In this document: positions 39,798 through 49,979 of the stretch, piece after piece
Numbering within the stretch: position 1 is the stretch's first letter
How the letters are laid out: every line of letters begins with the position of its first letter
Assembly (NCBI GenBank): GCA_965262855.1
Contig: OZ253563.1
Coordinates: 2,467,011-2,531,010 of the forward strand
Length of the DNA: 64,000 nt
Direction of reading: 5' to 3'
Origin: Arenicellales bacterium
GTDB lineage: Bacteria; Pseudomonadota; Gammaproteobacteria; Arenicellales; JAJDZL01
Program-made: the position numbers and the translations under genes
The notes under the pieces: model-generated
What the model saw: the letters and a program-made list of their open reading frames with translations, nothing else
Databases searched by the model: none
What the model was told of the DNA's origin: nothing

Positions 39798-42491
39798 TTA
39801 TTGGTGTGCGTTTGCCCAATTTGCACCAATTCCGACATCAGCAACTAACGGTACTCGAAGTTCAGTTGCATTTTCCATAATCGCCTTCACGTTTTCAACT
39901 GCCAGATTTTGGTCGGGCTCTGCAACTTCCAGCACCAGTTCGTCGTGAACTTGCATGATCATTCGACATCTGCAATCAGATCTGGTGATCCAACGGTCAA
40001 CTTCAATCATCGCAAGCTTGATAATGTCGGCTGCAGAACCCTGTAGCGGAGCATTGATAGCAGTTCGTTCGGCATGCTGGCGACGACCGTAGTGCTTCGC
40101 ATTGATGTCCGCCAAATTGAGGCGCCGCCCGTAGATCGTTTCGACAAACTTCTCGTTGTGAGCCTGCGTTCGGGTATTGTCCATGAACTCCCGCACTTTC
40201 GGATATCTGGCAAAATACTGTTCTACATACTCCTGTGCCTGTGCTACGTCAATCTGAAGCTGGCGCGCCAAGCCAAATGAAGACATCCCGTACATCAAAC
40301 CGAAGTTGATCGCTTTTGCATGTCGCCTCTGATCCGAGGTGACTTCATCAATGCGGGCATCAAATACTTCAGACGCTGTAAATCTATGCACATCCTCGCC
40401 TTTAGCAAATGCGTCTACAAGTCCGGGGTCATCAGACAGATGGGCCATGATTCGAAGCTCAATCTGAGAATAGTCAATTGATATGAGAATGCATCCAGGA
40501 TCTGCCACGAATGCCTCACGAATCCGTCTACCTTCTGCAGTTCGAATGGGAATGTTCTGCAGATTCGGTTCCAATGATGACAGACGCCCGGTAGCAGCGA
40601 CTGCCTGATGGTATGAAGTATGGACTCTGCCAGTTGCAGAGTGAATTAGAATTGGCAACTTATCCGTATAAGTAGACTTCAATTTGGCCAGACTCCGATA
40701 CTCGAGAATCAGCCTAGGAACATCATAAGTCATCGCAAGCTGATTCAGGACCGCTTCGGAAGTGGATGAATGTCCTTGCGAGGTCTTGCTGGTAGGCCGA
40801 TATCCAAGGACGTCAAAAAGAACTTCTCGAATCTGCTTGGGCGATGACACATTGAACTTCGTTCCGGCGCTTTCATAAATTTTCTGCTCGACCAATTGAA
40901 TTCGAGAATGGAGTTCCGCACTTTGGCGACCCAGTTCATCTCTATCGATTCGCACACCGTGATCTTCCATGCGCATCAGAACAGGCGCCAGCGGCATGTC
41001 AATTTTTTCAAAAATATCCTGCAGTCGACCCGTGTTTTGAAGTTGTGGCCACAGTGCCTCGTGCAAACGAAACGCTATATCAGCATCTTCTGCGGCATAG
41101 TGGGTGGCAGTATCAATTTCGATTCGATCGAATGTGAGTTGATTCTTGCCTCTTTTGCCAGCAATATCTTCAAACTTGACGGTCGTGTGGTTCAGATACT
41201 TAAGCGATAAATTATCCAGACTGTGCCTGGATACCGCAGTACTGTTCAGTACATATGATTCAATCATCGTATCGTAAACGACACCCCTGACCGTAATGCC
41301 GTATTTGGCAAACACAACTGCGTCGAATTTCAGGTTCTGTACGATTTTCCCAATTTCAGGGTTCTCAAAAACCGGCTTCAACTTCTCTATCACCCATTCT
41401 TGATCCAGCTGCGAAGCTACTCCCGGGTAATTGTGAGCAACAGGGATATAGAAAGCTTCCCATGCCTGCACACTCACAGAGATACCAACCAGCGATTCAT
41501 GTCTCATGTCCAGTCCGGTTGTTTCCGTGTCGAATGCAAACACTTTACTATTCGCTAAGCGTTCGACAAGATTTTCGAAAGCTGTTTTATCCGTTACACA
41601 AGAGTACTGGATGATCGGCTGTTTTTTTTCTACTTGGCCTACTTCCAGATTTTTTAGCCACGAATGAAACTCAAGACGCGTATACAGTTCCCGCAATTGA
41701 TCCATGTCACCGGAGGTGACCGTGAAATTCTCAGTGTCGAGTTCGACATCCACATCGAGTTTCAGTGTCACCAATGTTCTAGCAAGTTCAAGTTGTTCCA
41801 GAGAATTTCGCAGATTTTCACCAGCTTTGCCAGAGAAGGAGCTGGCGTTCTCTATGATGCTGTCGAGAGACCCATACATAGCCAACCACTTTGCGGCCGT
41901 CACTTTGCCGACTAATGGAACACCCGGGATATTGTCGGAAGAATCTCCAACCAATGACAGATAGTCGATAATCTGTGTAGGCAGCACGCCAAACTTTTCC
42001 TTTACCTGACTGGGGCCGAGTTTTACTCCATTTTTCTCATCGAGGATAGCAATTCTGTCGGTGACCAATTGCGCCAGATCTTTATCACTACTGGCGATTA
42101 CAGTAAGTAGCCCAGCATCCCTGGCCGCATTTGCCAGCGTTCCGATCACATCATCCGCTTCCACTCCGGATATGGACATCGTTTTTATTCCCATTGCTGC
42201 AACAAGTTGACGGATTACCTCATACTGTGCGCGAAGATCGTCCGGCATCGGCGGCCGGTTTTCCTTATAGTGCGGGTAGATGTCATCACGAAAAGTCTTT
42301 CCCTTTGCATCGAAAACAACCACAAGATAATCTGGAGAGTAATCTCGAATGATCCGCTTCAACATGCTTACAACGCCGTACACTGCGCCTGTCGGCTCAC
42401 CGCTTGACGTACTTAGGTTGTGCGAGTGATAAGCGCGGTAAACATACGCCGATCCATCTACTAGATAAATCGTTTTTTCTTGGGGTGTCAT
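39798..42491 (-). CDS. polA: DNA polymerase I
   Basis: 897 aa with a 5'-nuclease N-terminus, a 3'-5' exonuclease domain (FDTETT), and pol motifs DYSQIELR, RRHAKAINFGLMYG and QVHDELV. Confidence 0.97.
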   Translation of the reverse strand: MTPQEKTIYLVDGSAYVYRAYHSHNLSTSSGEPTGAVYGVVSMLKRIIRDYSPDYLVVVFDAKGKTFRDDIYPHYKENRPPMPDDLRAQYEVIRQLVAAMGIKTMSISGVEADDVIGTLANAARDAGLLTVIASSDKDLAQLVTDRIAILDEKNGVKLGPSQVKEKFGVLPTQIIDYLSLVGDSSDNIPGVPLVGKVTAAKWLAMYGSLDSIIENASSFSGKAGENLRNSLEQLELARTLVTLKLDVDVELDTENFTVTSGDMDQLRELYTRLEFHSWLKNLEVGQVEKKQPIIQYSCVTDKTAFENLVERLANSKVFAFDTETTGLDMRHESLVGISVSVQAWEAFYIPVAHNYPGVASQLDQEWVIEKLKPVFENPEIGKIVQNLKFDAVVFAKYGITVRGVVYDTMIESYVLNSTAVSRHSLDNLSLKYLNHTTVKFEDIAGKRGKNQLTFDRIEIDTATHYAAEDADIAFRLHEALWPQLQNTGRLQDIFEKIDMPLAPVLMRMEDHGVRIDRDELGRQSAELHSRIQLVEQKIYESAGTKFNVSSPKQIREVLFDVLGYRPTSKTSQGHSSTSEAVLNQLAMTYDVPRLILEYRSLAKLKSTYTDKLPILIHSATGRVHTSYHQAVAATGRLSSLEPNLQNIPIRTAEGRRIREAFVADPGCILISIDYSQIELRIMAHLSDDPGLVDAFAKGEDVHRFTASEVFDARIDEVTSDQRRHAKAINFGLMYGMSSFGLARQLQIDVAQAQEYVEQYFARYPKVREFMDNTRTQAHNEKFVETIYGRRLNLADINAKHYGRRQHAERTAINAPLQGSAADIIKLAMIEVDRWITRSDCRCRMIMQVHDELVLEVAEPDQNLAVENVKAIMENATELRVPLVADVGIGANWANAHQ

Positions 42492-42652
42492 AAGAAAGAT
42501 CAGTTCGAGAGTTTGATTCCAGTAATGCCAAAAGAAGTACTATCTCCATTATTTCATAATCCGCCCGCGTTTGCGACACAACAAATTATCAGCATTCCAT
42601 ATAAAATTGGTTTAAATCAACCAATAATCAGCATTCGATTCTGCCCATAAAT

Positions 42653-43576
42653 ATGATCAATGTATCTCAGTTGACCAAGCGATTTGGAAATCAGACTGTC
42701 GTAGACAATCTGACATTTTCCGTCGAACGCGGTGAAGTACTTGGCTTTCTTGGGCCCAATGGTGCCGGTAAATCCACGACTATGAAAATGATCTCCGGTT
42801 TTCTGAAACCGGATCACGGATCAGTTGAAATCGAAGGGATAGATATCGAAGCGAATCCGATCGAAGCCAAGTCGAAGCTGGGCTATCTGCCAGAAGGAAT
42901 GCCGCTTTATGGCGATATGCCGGTTCATTCATTTCTCATTTTTGCAGCCAGAATTCGTGGACTAAGCGGATCAAACCTTACACAACAAATCGCCTCAGTC
43001 GTATCCGACGTGCAAATCCAAGAGGTGCTGACACAGCCGATTTTCACGCTTTCGAAAGGATTCAAGCGCCGCGTCGGGCTCGCCCTGGCGCTGCTTCATG
43101 ACCCCGATGTTCTGGTGCTGGATGAACCAACCGATGGACTAGACCCAAATCAAAAAGAGCAGGTCCGAACACTGATCGAAAAAATATCCGAGAACAAGGT
43201 GATCATTCTATCGACGCACATCCTAGATGAAGTTGACTCTGTATGCAGCCGAGTAATCATCATAGACAAGGGGAAAATCATTGTCGATCAGACGCCGGAG
43301 TCGCTGGTGACAGCGTCTAAATTTCATAATTCAGTTCGAGTACAGATGGTCGATATAAACCCGGCGGAGGTTCAAATGCAACTGTCCGGTATTGATGCCA
43401 TTGCCAACTTACAGTATATTGAGAAAGACAAGTCTTTCCATCTAACTGCAAAAGACGGTCGGTCGGTTGTTGAGGAAATTTGGAAAGTTGTGGAATCAAA
43501 TGGTTGGAAAATTCGAACCCTGTCAGAACAAAGAGGTGACCTGGAAGATGTCTTTCGTGAGATTACTAGCCATTGA
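42653..43576 (+). CDS. ABC transporter ATP-binding protein (ABC-2/GldA-like), no adjacent permease
   Basis: Walker A GPNGAGKST, signature LSKGFKRR, Walker B VLVLDEP, plus an extra C-terminal domain. Confidence 0.85.
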   Translation: MINVSQLTKRFGNQTVVDNLTFSVERGEVLGFLGPNGAGKSTTMKMISGFLKPDHGSVEIEGIDIEANPIEAKSKLGYLPEGMPLYGDMPVHSFLIFAARIRGLSGSNLTQQIASVVSDVQIQEVLTQPIFTLSKGFKRRVGLALALLHDPDVLVLDEPTDGLDPNQKEQVRTLIEKISENKVIILSTHILDEVDSVCSRVIIIDKGKIIVDQTPESLVTASKFHNSVRVQMVDINPAEVQMQLSGIDAIANLQYIEKDKSFHLTAKDGRSVVEEIWKVVESNGWKIRTLSEQRGDLEDVFREITSH

Positions 43577-43601
43577 AGGCTGTACTGCCATACCTAATTC
43601 A

Positions 43602-43982
43602 ATGGCCCGACTAATCACGACTGTCGGTATTTTGCTGATTGTCCCCCTTTTGGGCACAGTTCAAGCGCAAACGCTTGTTGACACGATAGAAATTCCGAAA
43701 CGCTCCCCTGTCACCACCGGAGTCGTCATTACAAGCCCCACTCAAACTGACGATACAGTTCCCGAGAGACAGGAGACGTCTTCTGACAAATCGCCTAGTG
43801 GCTTGAGTTACACCGAGTACCAAGTCGGTTCAAGTACAGTCAGGGAATACAGAAGCGGCGATCGGCTGATGTATGTCGAAATCACTCAGAAGAGTGGTTC
43901 GTCTTATGTCATTGACTATAGTGCACCCAAAAAATCCGACCAAACCCAATATCGATCAGGAGTGATCGTTTCACGCTGGTGA
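43602..43982 (+). CDS. DUF2782-like small secreted protein
   Basis: ATG 43602 gives the signal peptide MARLITTVGILLIVPLLGTVQAQ. It has a C-terminal EYRSGDRLMYVEITQKSGSSYVIDY motif and the conserved position next to polA. Confidence 0.6.
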   Translation: MARLITTVGILLIVPLLGTVQAQTLVDTIEIPKRSPVTTGVVITSPTQTDDTVPERQETSSDKSPSGLSYTEYQVGSSTVREYRSGDRLMYVEITQKSGSSYVIDYSAPKKSDQTQYRSGVIVSRW

Positions 43983-44938
43983 TGGTTACTTCACTAGTTG
44001 AAGTTGGTGTTTATGTTGGAGAAAATCTGAAGCGATACGCATTTGGAAACAATCATCCGTTCGGTCCCGACCGACATGACGCATTCTGGAATGAGGCAGT
44101 AACCTCCGGTCTGGCCAGTCAAGTTCAGATATTGGCACCGGTCATCTGCGATGAGAGCGACTTAGAACGCTTTCATGACGAAGAATACATTCAGTTTCTC
44201 AAGAAAAGCTCCATTCGTGGAACGGGATTTCTGGACCACGGAGACACGCCTGTTTTCCCAGGAATTTTTGAAGCAGCATCCTATGTAGTCGGCAGCGATC
44301 TTGATGCTCTCGACAGAATGATGAGAGGCGAGTTCAACCGAATTTTCATTCCCATCGCCGGGCTTCATCACTGCAGCCGAGATTCTGCCGCCGGCTTTTG
44401 TGCGATTAGTGATCTTGGCGTTTTGATCCAAACTCTGCGCAAGCTTTACGGCATTCGACGGGTTGCGTATGTGGATATTGATGCGCATCACGGCGACGGG
44501 GTTTTCTACTCGTTTGAGTCAGACCCGGATTTGATCATTGGCGACATTCACGAAGATGGGCGTTATCTGTATCCAGGAACGGGCTTTGCCCACGAGACCG
44601 GCAAGGGAGACGCGGTCGACACAAAAATCAACCTTCCAGTAATGCCTGGCAGCCGCGATGATGTCTTCTATGATTCGTGGGGCCGACTCGAAGAATTCCT
44701 CCGTTCGTACAAGCCCGAATTCATTGTGCTGATGGCAGGTGCCGACAGTATTGACGGTGATCCGATTACTCACATGAAGTTTACACCCAAAGCTCATGGG
44801 CATGCTGCAAAGCGGCTATGCCGTATGGCCGAAGAGTTTTGTGGGGGCAAAATAATTGCGCTGGGCGGTGGTGGATACAATCGACGGAATCTCGCACAGG
44901 CATGGTGCGAAGTACTCAGAGCCCTGATTGAAACTTAA
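43982..44938 (+). CDS. Histone deacetylase family protein (AcuC/acetylpolyamine amidohydrolase type)
   Basis: GLHHCSRDSAAGFC, DIDAHHGDG and GGGGY motifs. Its start (GTG 43979 or ATG 43982) overlaps the upstream TGA. Confidence 0.85.
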   Translation: MVTSLVEVGVYVGENLKRYAFGNNHPFGPDRHDAFWNEAVTSGLASQVQILAPVICDESDLERFHDEEYIQFLKKSSIRGTGFLDHGDTPVFPGIFEAASYVVGSDLDALDRMMRGEFNRIFIPIAGLHHCSRDSAAGFCAISDLGVLIQTLRKLYGIRRVAYVDIDAHHGDGVFYSFESDPDLIIGDIHEDGRYLYPGTGFAHETGKGDAVDTKINLPVMPGSRDDVFYDSWGRLEEFLRSYKPEFIVLMAGADSIDGDPITHMKFTPKAHGHAAKRLCRMAEEFCGGKIIALGGGGYNRRNLAQAWCEVLRALIET

Positions 44939-45232
44939 CAATCAGGGGATGTTTCATGCGCAATCTTTTCCCATACCAGCTCGAACGCTACTTTGAGACA
45001 ATCGGCTCTCATTACACTGCGCAAACCAATGTACATTACAGACCGAAACAGCCTTGTATGAGCCAGTCTACCAGGAGACACAGAAAGTCAAACATGAATT
45101 AACGTGAGTTTTAGTTCATAATTCGTTATTATTTGATCTAGAAGAACACTCGTAGCAACAATTCATAATTCAATTGTGCTGCGAAATTTGTAATATGGAT
45201 TTTTTTAACTCAAATGGAGGATAAGTTTCATT

Positions 45233-46324
45233 ATGGAACGTCGACAATTTTTAAAAGCCGGTGCTATAGCTGGCACCGCAGCAGCGGCCACAACTTTGGC
45301 TGCGCCCGCAATTTCCCAAGGCATGAAGGAATTCCAAATGGTTACGTCTTGGCCAAAGAATTTCCCTGGATTGGGAACAGCAGCGGCTCGATTTGGAGAA
45401 CGCGTAACCACCATGTCCGAAGGCAAAATGACCGTCAAGCTTTTCGCTGGCGGTGAACTCGTGCATCCGTTGAAGTGTCACGATGCGGTTCAGGAAGGCA
45501 CTGCAGACATGTATCATTCGGCGGAATACTACTATCAAGGCAAAGCACTTGCACTTTCATTTTTCGCTTCCGTTCCTTTCGGCTTGACTCCGGCAGAAAT
45601 GGATGCCTGGCTTCATCACGGGGGCGGGCAACAGATTTGGGATGATCTAAACGCAAATTTTGGAGTAAAGAGTTTCGCATGCGGCAACTCCGGCTCCCAA
45701 ATGGGTGGATGGTTTGCTAAGCCTGTCACTTCTATTGATGACTTCAAAGGACTCAAAATGCGAATGCCGGGTTTGGGCGGACGAGTGATTGATGCCCTTG
45801 GAGGATCGTCGGTCACCCTCGGAGGTGCCGAGATCATGCCTGCTCTGCAAGCAGGAACGATCGACGCGACCGAGTGGGTCGGGCCATGGAACGACTTGGC
45901 TTTCGGATTTTACAAAGTCGTTAAGTTCTATCACTATCCTGGATTCCATGAAACTGGAACGGTGTTGAGTTTCGGCATAAACAAGGGCGTCTGGGACGGA
46001 TTGAGTGCAAGTGAGCAGGCAATCATTCAAAACGCTGCAACTGCTGAGAACAATTACGATCTTGCCGAATTCAATGCGAACAATGGTGCTGCTCTGGATA
46101 CGCTATTGACTGAGCACGGTGTTGAGTTGGTTGAGTTCTCCGACGATATATTCACTGCCATGGGCAATGCCGCCCGTGATGTCATGGATCAGGTCGGAAA
46201 AACTGACCCCGAAACCCAGAAAGTCTTCGATAGCTACATGGCTTTCCGCAAGAACGTGATCGGCTGGTCAAAACTCTCTGATCAATCGTACATGAACAAG
46301 CGCGCATTGGTTAATTTTCACTAA
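45233..46324 (+). CDS. TRAP transporter substrate-binding protein (DctP family, Tat signal)
   Basis: MERRQFLKAGAIAGTAAAA twin-arginine leader, with a DctP-type fold pattern. Confidence 0.88.
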   Translation: MERRQFLKAGAIAGTAAAATTLAAPAISQGMKEFQMVTSWPKNFPGLGTAAARFGERVTTMSEGKMTVKLFAGGELVHPLKCHDAVQEGTADMYHSAEYYYQGKALALSFFASVPFGLTPAEMDAWLHHGGGQQIWDDLNANFGVKSFACGNSGSQMGGWFAKPVTSIDDFKGLKMRMPGLGGRVIDALGGSSVTLGGAEIMPALQAGTIDATEWVGPWNDLAFGFYKVVKFYHYPGFHETGTVLSFGINKGVWDGLSASEQAIIQNAATAENNYDLAEFNANNGAALDTLLTEHGVELVEFSDDIFTAMGNAARDVMDQVGKTDPETQKVFDSYMAFRKNVIGWSKLSDQSYMNKRALVNFH

Positions 46325-46352
46325 ATTAACTGCAGACAGTTGGTAGAAATTT

Positions 46353-46389
46353 AGGCAAATCCGCTTCCTTTCAAGTGGCGGATTTGCCT
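46353..46389 (+). promoter_or_regulatory. Intercistronic 12-bp-stem hairpin between the TRAP binding-protein and permease genes
   Basis: AGGCAAATCCGC - 13-nt loop - GCGGATTTGCCT, a perfect stem with no U-tract. Confidence 0.5.
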
Positions 46390-46540
46390 GTGCCTGCATC
46401 AACTTCACCTGTCGCGAACTGTTCAGATTATCTTCTTTCTGCGCGACATCGAAACACAACGTTGTCCGTAAAGATCTGACGCCGCTCACAATGACCTGCA
46501 GAAGGTCGATACATTTCAACAAGTTAAAGGTATTGCCCTC

Positions 46541-47278
46541 GTGAATGTAGATTTTATCGGGTTATGGCATTCACTGGAACGCTTGCCTTTCTTGTTCAGC
46601 ATCACCGTTTATGTTCTCGTGCTGCTCACTGTAGTTGCATTTTTTGTCATACCTGTATTCCTGCTCCTTCGTTACGAACCTCGAGATATTATTAAAAATT
46701 TTCATGCTGACCATGCTTCTACAGTATGGCAACCGGGTTGGCGAGGACAATTGCAGACTCTCGCATCGTGGTTGACTCTATTCAATACCGTGACCGGTAA
46801 ATTTGCAGCGTGGTTGGTACTGTTCATGACTCTGATGCAATTTGTTGTTGTGATCATGCGCTACGTATTTGCCTATGGCTCAATTCAGATGCAGGAATCG
46901 ATCTGGTATATGCATGGATTGTTGTTCATGTTGGGAGCTGGTTACACATTGGCTAAAGAAGGCCATGTCAGGCTTGATGTTTTTTACCGAGAAGCCGCAG
47001 AGCGAACAAAAGCAAAGATCAATCTGGTTGGATCCGTGATTTTTCTGCTGCCGTTCTGCATTGTAAATTTTGACTTTGCATGGTCACTGGTGATGAATTC
47101 CTGGGCCGTTCGCGAGGGTTCGACCGAAACAGTCGGTCTTCCTTATATTTATCTGTTCAAAACTGTGATACTCGTGTTTTCAGTTCTCCTAGCCATGGAA
47201 GGCGTTTCTCTGGCGATCAAAAGCATTCTGGAATTGACGAAGAACGCCAATTCAAATATAGAGGCCAAGAGCGTATAA
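46541..47278 (+). CDS. TRAP transporter small permease (DctQ-like)
   Basis: Hydrophobic protein with 4-5 TM segments between the DctP and DctM genes. The GTG start is uncertain. Confidence 0.78.
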   Translation: MNVDFIGLWHSLERLPFLFSITVYVLVLLTVVAFFVIPVFLLLRYEPRDIIKNFHADHASTVWQPGWRGQLQTLASWLTLFNTVTGKFAAWLVLFMTLMQFVVVIMRYVFAYGSIQMQESIWYMHGLLFMLGAGYTLAKEGHVRLDVFYREAAERTKAKINLVGSVIFLLPFCIVNFDFAWSLVMNSWAVREGSTETVGLPYIYLFKTVILVFSVLLAMEGVSLAIKSILELTKNANSNIEAKSV

Positions 47279-47280
47279 AC

Positions 47281-48909
47281 ATGGAATTTCTAACCTCTCC
47301 CGAGTTCTTGTGCGCCGCACTTTTTGTGTCGGTCATCATTCTACTGCTGTTCGGATTCCCTGTTGCGTTCTCTCTAGCCGGGAGTTCAATGCTGTTTGCA
47401 TTCATCGCTGCTGGATTTGGGCTCTTCGATGTCTCTTTTATCTCGGCTTTGCCTCAAAGAATATTTTCCATCATGCGCAATGAGGTTCTTGTTGCCGTAC
47501 CTCTGTTCGTATTTATGGGCGTGACGCTGGAGCGATCGAAAATCGCGGAAGAGCTTCTTGACAACATGGGTAAACTGTTCGGCAGCATACGGGGTGGACT
47601 TGGATATTCAGTGTGTATCGTGGGCGCACTGCTTGCGGCATCAACAGGAATCGTTGGGGCGACCGTCGTCACGATGGGATTGTTGTCTCTACCAACTATG
47701 ATTCGTCGAGGATACAGCCCTTCTCTAGCCTGTGGTTCCATCTGTGCGTCGGGAACACTCGGACAAGTAATTCCGCCGTCCATTGTGCTCGTTCTGCTTG
47801 GAGATCAGCTATCAACTGCTTTCCAGCAAGCGCAGTTTTCTTTGGGAAATTTTTCGCCTGACGCATTGTCCGTCAACGATCTATTCGCCGGCGCACTCAT
47901 TCCCGGATTGGTGCTGGTCGGCATGTACATAATTTATCAGATCATTATTGCGATCGTTCGTCCGGATGCCAGTCCAGCCATTCCGCCTGACGAAATCAGG
48001 CGAGGTGAAAGCAAAAGAGCATTCGTTTGGAAATTGGTTGCCACCTTGTTTGCCCCTCTCGTACTGATCGTAGCCGTGCTCGGCTCTATTCTTGCGGGGC
48101 TTGCATCACCGACGGAGTCTGCAGCGATGGGTGGAACAGGCGCCCTTATGATGGCGGGCTACAGGGTTGCCCCCGAGAAGGGCAGATTGATCGTAGTTGG
48201 TGTAGTTTGTCTCGTGATCATGCTGGCAATCACCTCATTGTTTGATCTTCGACTGCAAAGAGACGAACTTACTACTGTCGAGTGGGCGGCTGTATTTGTT
48301 GCTCTAGTTTGTGCGATTGGCCTTGTAATCGGCATCCACACGGCAATTCTGAGCGTATACGCTAAGTTAGACGAAAACGGCAATTCGATACTACCTCAAA
48401 TCATGCGGCAAACGCTGCTGGTTTCCTCCATGGTTTTCGTCATCCTGATTGGTGCATCCATGTTCTCGCTGGTGTTTCGAGGATTGAGGGGAGATGAAGT
48501 TGTCGAGAGCGTGCTGCATAATCTCCCAGGTGGAACTTTGACGGTGTTGTTGTTGATTATGCTGGTGATGTTCCTGCTTGGCTTCATTCTCGATTTTCTG
48601 GAGATTATTTTCATTGTCGTTCCGATCGTCGGGCCTGTTGTGCTACAGATGGAGGTGGCCCCGGGTATTCCTATGAATCCGGTATGGCTGGGCGTTATGA
48701 TGGCAGTCAACCTGCAGACTTCATTTCTTACGCCGCCATTCGGTTTCTCGCTCTTCTATTTACGAGGGGTTGCTCCGCCTTCAATTCGTACGATTGAAAT
48801 TTACAAGGGAGTGGCTCCATTCGTTTTGATCCAATTGATGATGCTAGTAGTTTTATGGTTTTTCCCGTCCCTAGCGACGTGGCTTCCACATGCGATATAC
48901 GGGCCGTGA
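47281..48909 (+). CDS. TRAP transporter large permease (DctM-like)
   Basis: ATG 47281 lies 2 nt after the DctQ stop. It is a polytopic membrane protein of about 540 aa. The longer ORF from 47080 overlaps dctQ and is rejected. Confidence 0.88.
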   Translation: MEFLTSPEFLCAALFVSVIILLLFGFPVAFSLAGSSMLFAFIAAGFGLFDVSFISALPQRIFSIMRNEVLVAVPLFVFMGVTLERSKIAEELLDNMGKLFGSIRGGLGYSVCIVGALLAASTGIVGATVVTMGLLSLPTMIRRGYSPSLACGSICASGTLGQVIPPSIVLVLLGDQLSTAFQQAQFSLGNFSPDALSVNDLFAGALIPGLVLVGMYIIYQIIIAIVRPDASPAIPPDEIRRGESKRAFVWKLVATLFAPLVLIVAVLGSILAGLASPTESAAMGGTGALMMAGYRVAPEKGRLIVVGVVCLVIMLAITSLFDLRLQRDELTTVEWAAVFVALVCAIGLVIGIHTAILSVYAKLDENGNSILPQIMRQTLLVSSMVFVILIGASMFSLVFRGLRGDEVVESVLHNLPGGTLTVLLLIMLVMFLLGFILDFLEIIFIVVPIVGPVVLQMEVAPGIPMNPVWLGVMMAVNLQTSFLTPPFGFSLFYLRGVAPPSIRTIEIYKGVAPFVLIQLMMLVVLWFFPSLATWLPHAIYGP

Positions 48910-48916
48910 ATAAGTT

Positions 48917-48937
48917 GAATTCGTGCCACACGAATTC
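48917..48937 (+). terminator. Hairpin after the TRAP operon
   Basis: GAATTCGTG-CCA-CACGAATTC, a perfect 9-bp stem 8 nt after the stop, with no U-tract. Confidence 0.4.
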
Positions 48938-49095
48938 ATGACCGGTGGCAACTTGCTTTAATTGAAGATTGCAGATTGTCTAGTTGCAGAACTGGTTAGC
49001 GATTGAAATTTTCTTCAACGAAATTCCGTTCGTTACTAGCTAGAATTGCTGAGTTTTGAGTATATTTTGAGGTGTGCGTTAAGGGAATAAGAAGT

Positions 49096-49749
49096 CTAAA
49101 ATAACGGAGCGTGGGTCGCTACCAGCGCTACCTGAATCTCTCGAATCAGTCTGGTAGTTGCTTGTCCGATGAGGTCAAGTCTGGAGACCTCAGTGATCCT
49201 GGGGCGCATTCGGTTTAGTTCCGCGGGGCCAAGCAATGTTCGAAACATGTCGCAGGCATCCATCAGACAGTAAATGACTACATCTCTCTGGTCGGGAATT
49301 TCATCGCTGTAAAGGATATTCATGATACGAAGTTTGACTTCTTTTTCAACGGTACCATCGATAGTCGGGTAGGAACGGGTTTTCATCACCCACAAGAAGC
49401 GTTTTTCGGATTCGCCAAGAATTCCTCTTTCAATCAGTCGTTGAAAACCCAATTCAACGATTTCTGCTCCTTCATCCGCGATTGAATTAATCCAGAACTT
49501 TACTTCGTGCTCTTCAGGCTGACGGCACATTCTGCCCAAAATCTTGTCTAGAATCGGGTCCCCGACTGGAGTCTCATCCACTATCGTAAATGAATCGATA
49601 TCACAGTCTACTCTGTTGTTGATCGCCAGTTCCATCAGCACAGCACCCGCCAAAACGAAATGCAGCGTCAACTGTGGGACTGGCGGGAGTGTACCCTTTT
49701 CATCGTCGAGCAGTAATAGAAGTATCTCCTCGGCCAGAGTTATATTCAT
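49096..49749 (-). CDS. GPP34/GOLPH3-Vps74 family protein
   Basis: N-terminus LAEEILLLLLDDEKG...LAGAVLMELA, as I recall for PF05719; 217 aa. Confidence 0.65.
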   Translation of the reverse strand: MNITLAEEILLLLLDDEKGTLPPVPQLTLHFVLAGAVLMELAINNRVDCDIDSFTIVDETPVGDPILDKILGRMCRQPEEHEVKFWINSIADEGAEIVELGFQRLIERGILGESEKRFLWVMKTRSYPTIDGTVEKEVKLRIMNILYSDEIPDQRDVVIYCLMDACDMFRTLLGPAELNRMRPRITEVSRLDLIGQATTRLIREIQVALVATHAPLF

Positions 49750-49979
49750 TAAAATTAAACCTAATTCTTATTGCACTTTGTCGTAATCATTGTAAGTAGG
49801 TTTTGGGTGCAATTGCAAATCACGATTACTCATTCTGGCACTTTCCGCACCATAGACGATCCAGCATAAGCCGCCCAACAGGTGCTAATAAAATATTTTG
49901 TAGGAGAAACCACATCCTGCAGAGCCCTGCATTACAAAGCATATAAGAGCTGAGGCATGCAGCAATGATCTTAACTAAA

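Noticed and set aside
44956-45102. 48-codon ORF (MRNLFPYQLERYFETIGSHY...) with a GGGGA RBS-like element upstream of the TRAP operon
   Set aside because: It is too short, has no motif and no detectable conservation evidence. It may simply be leader sequence.
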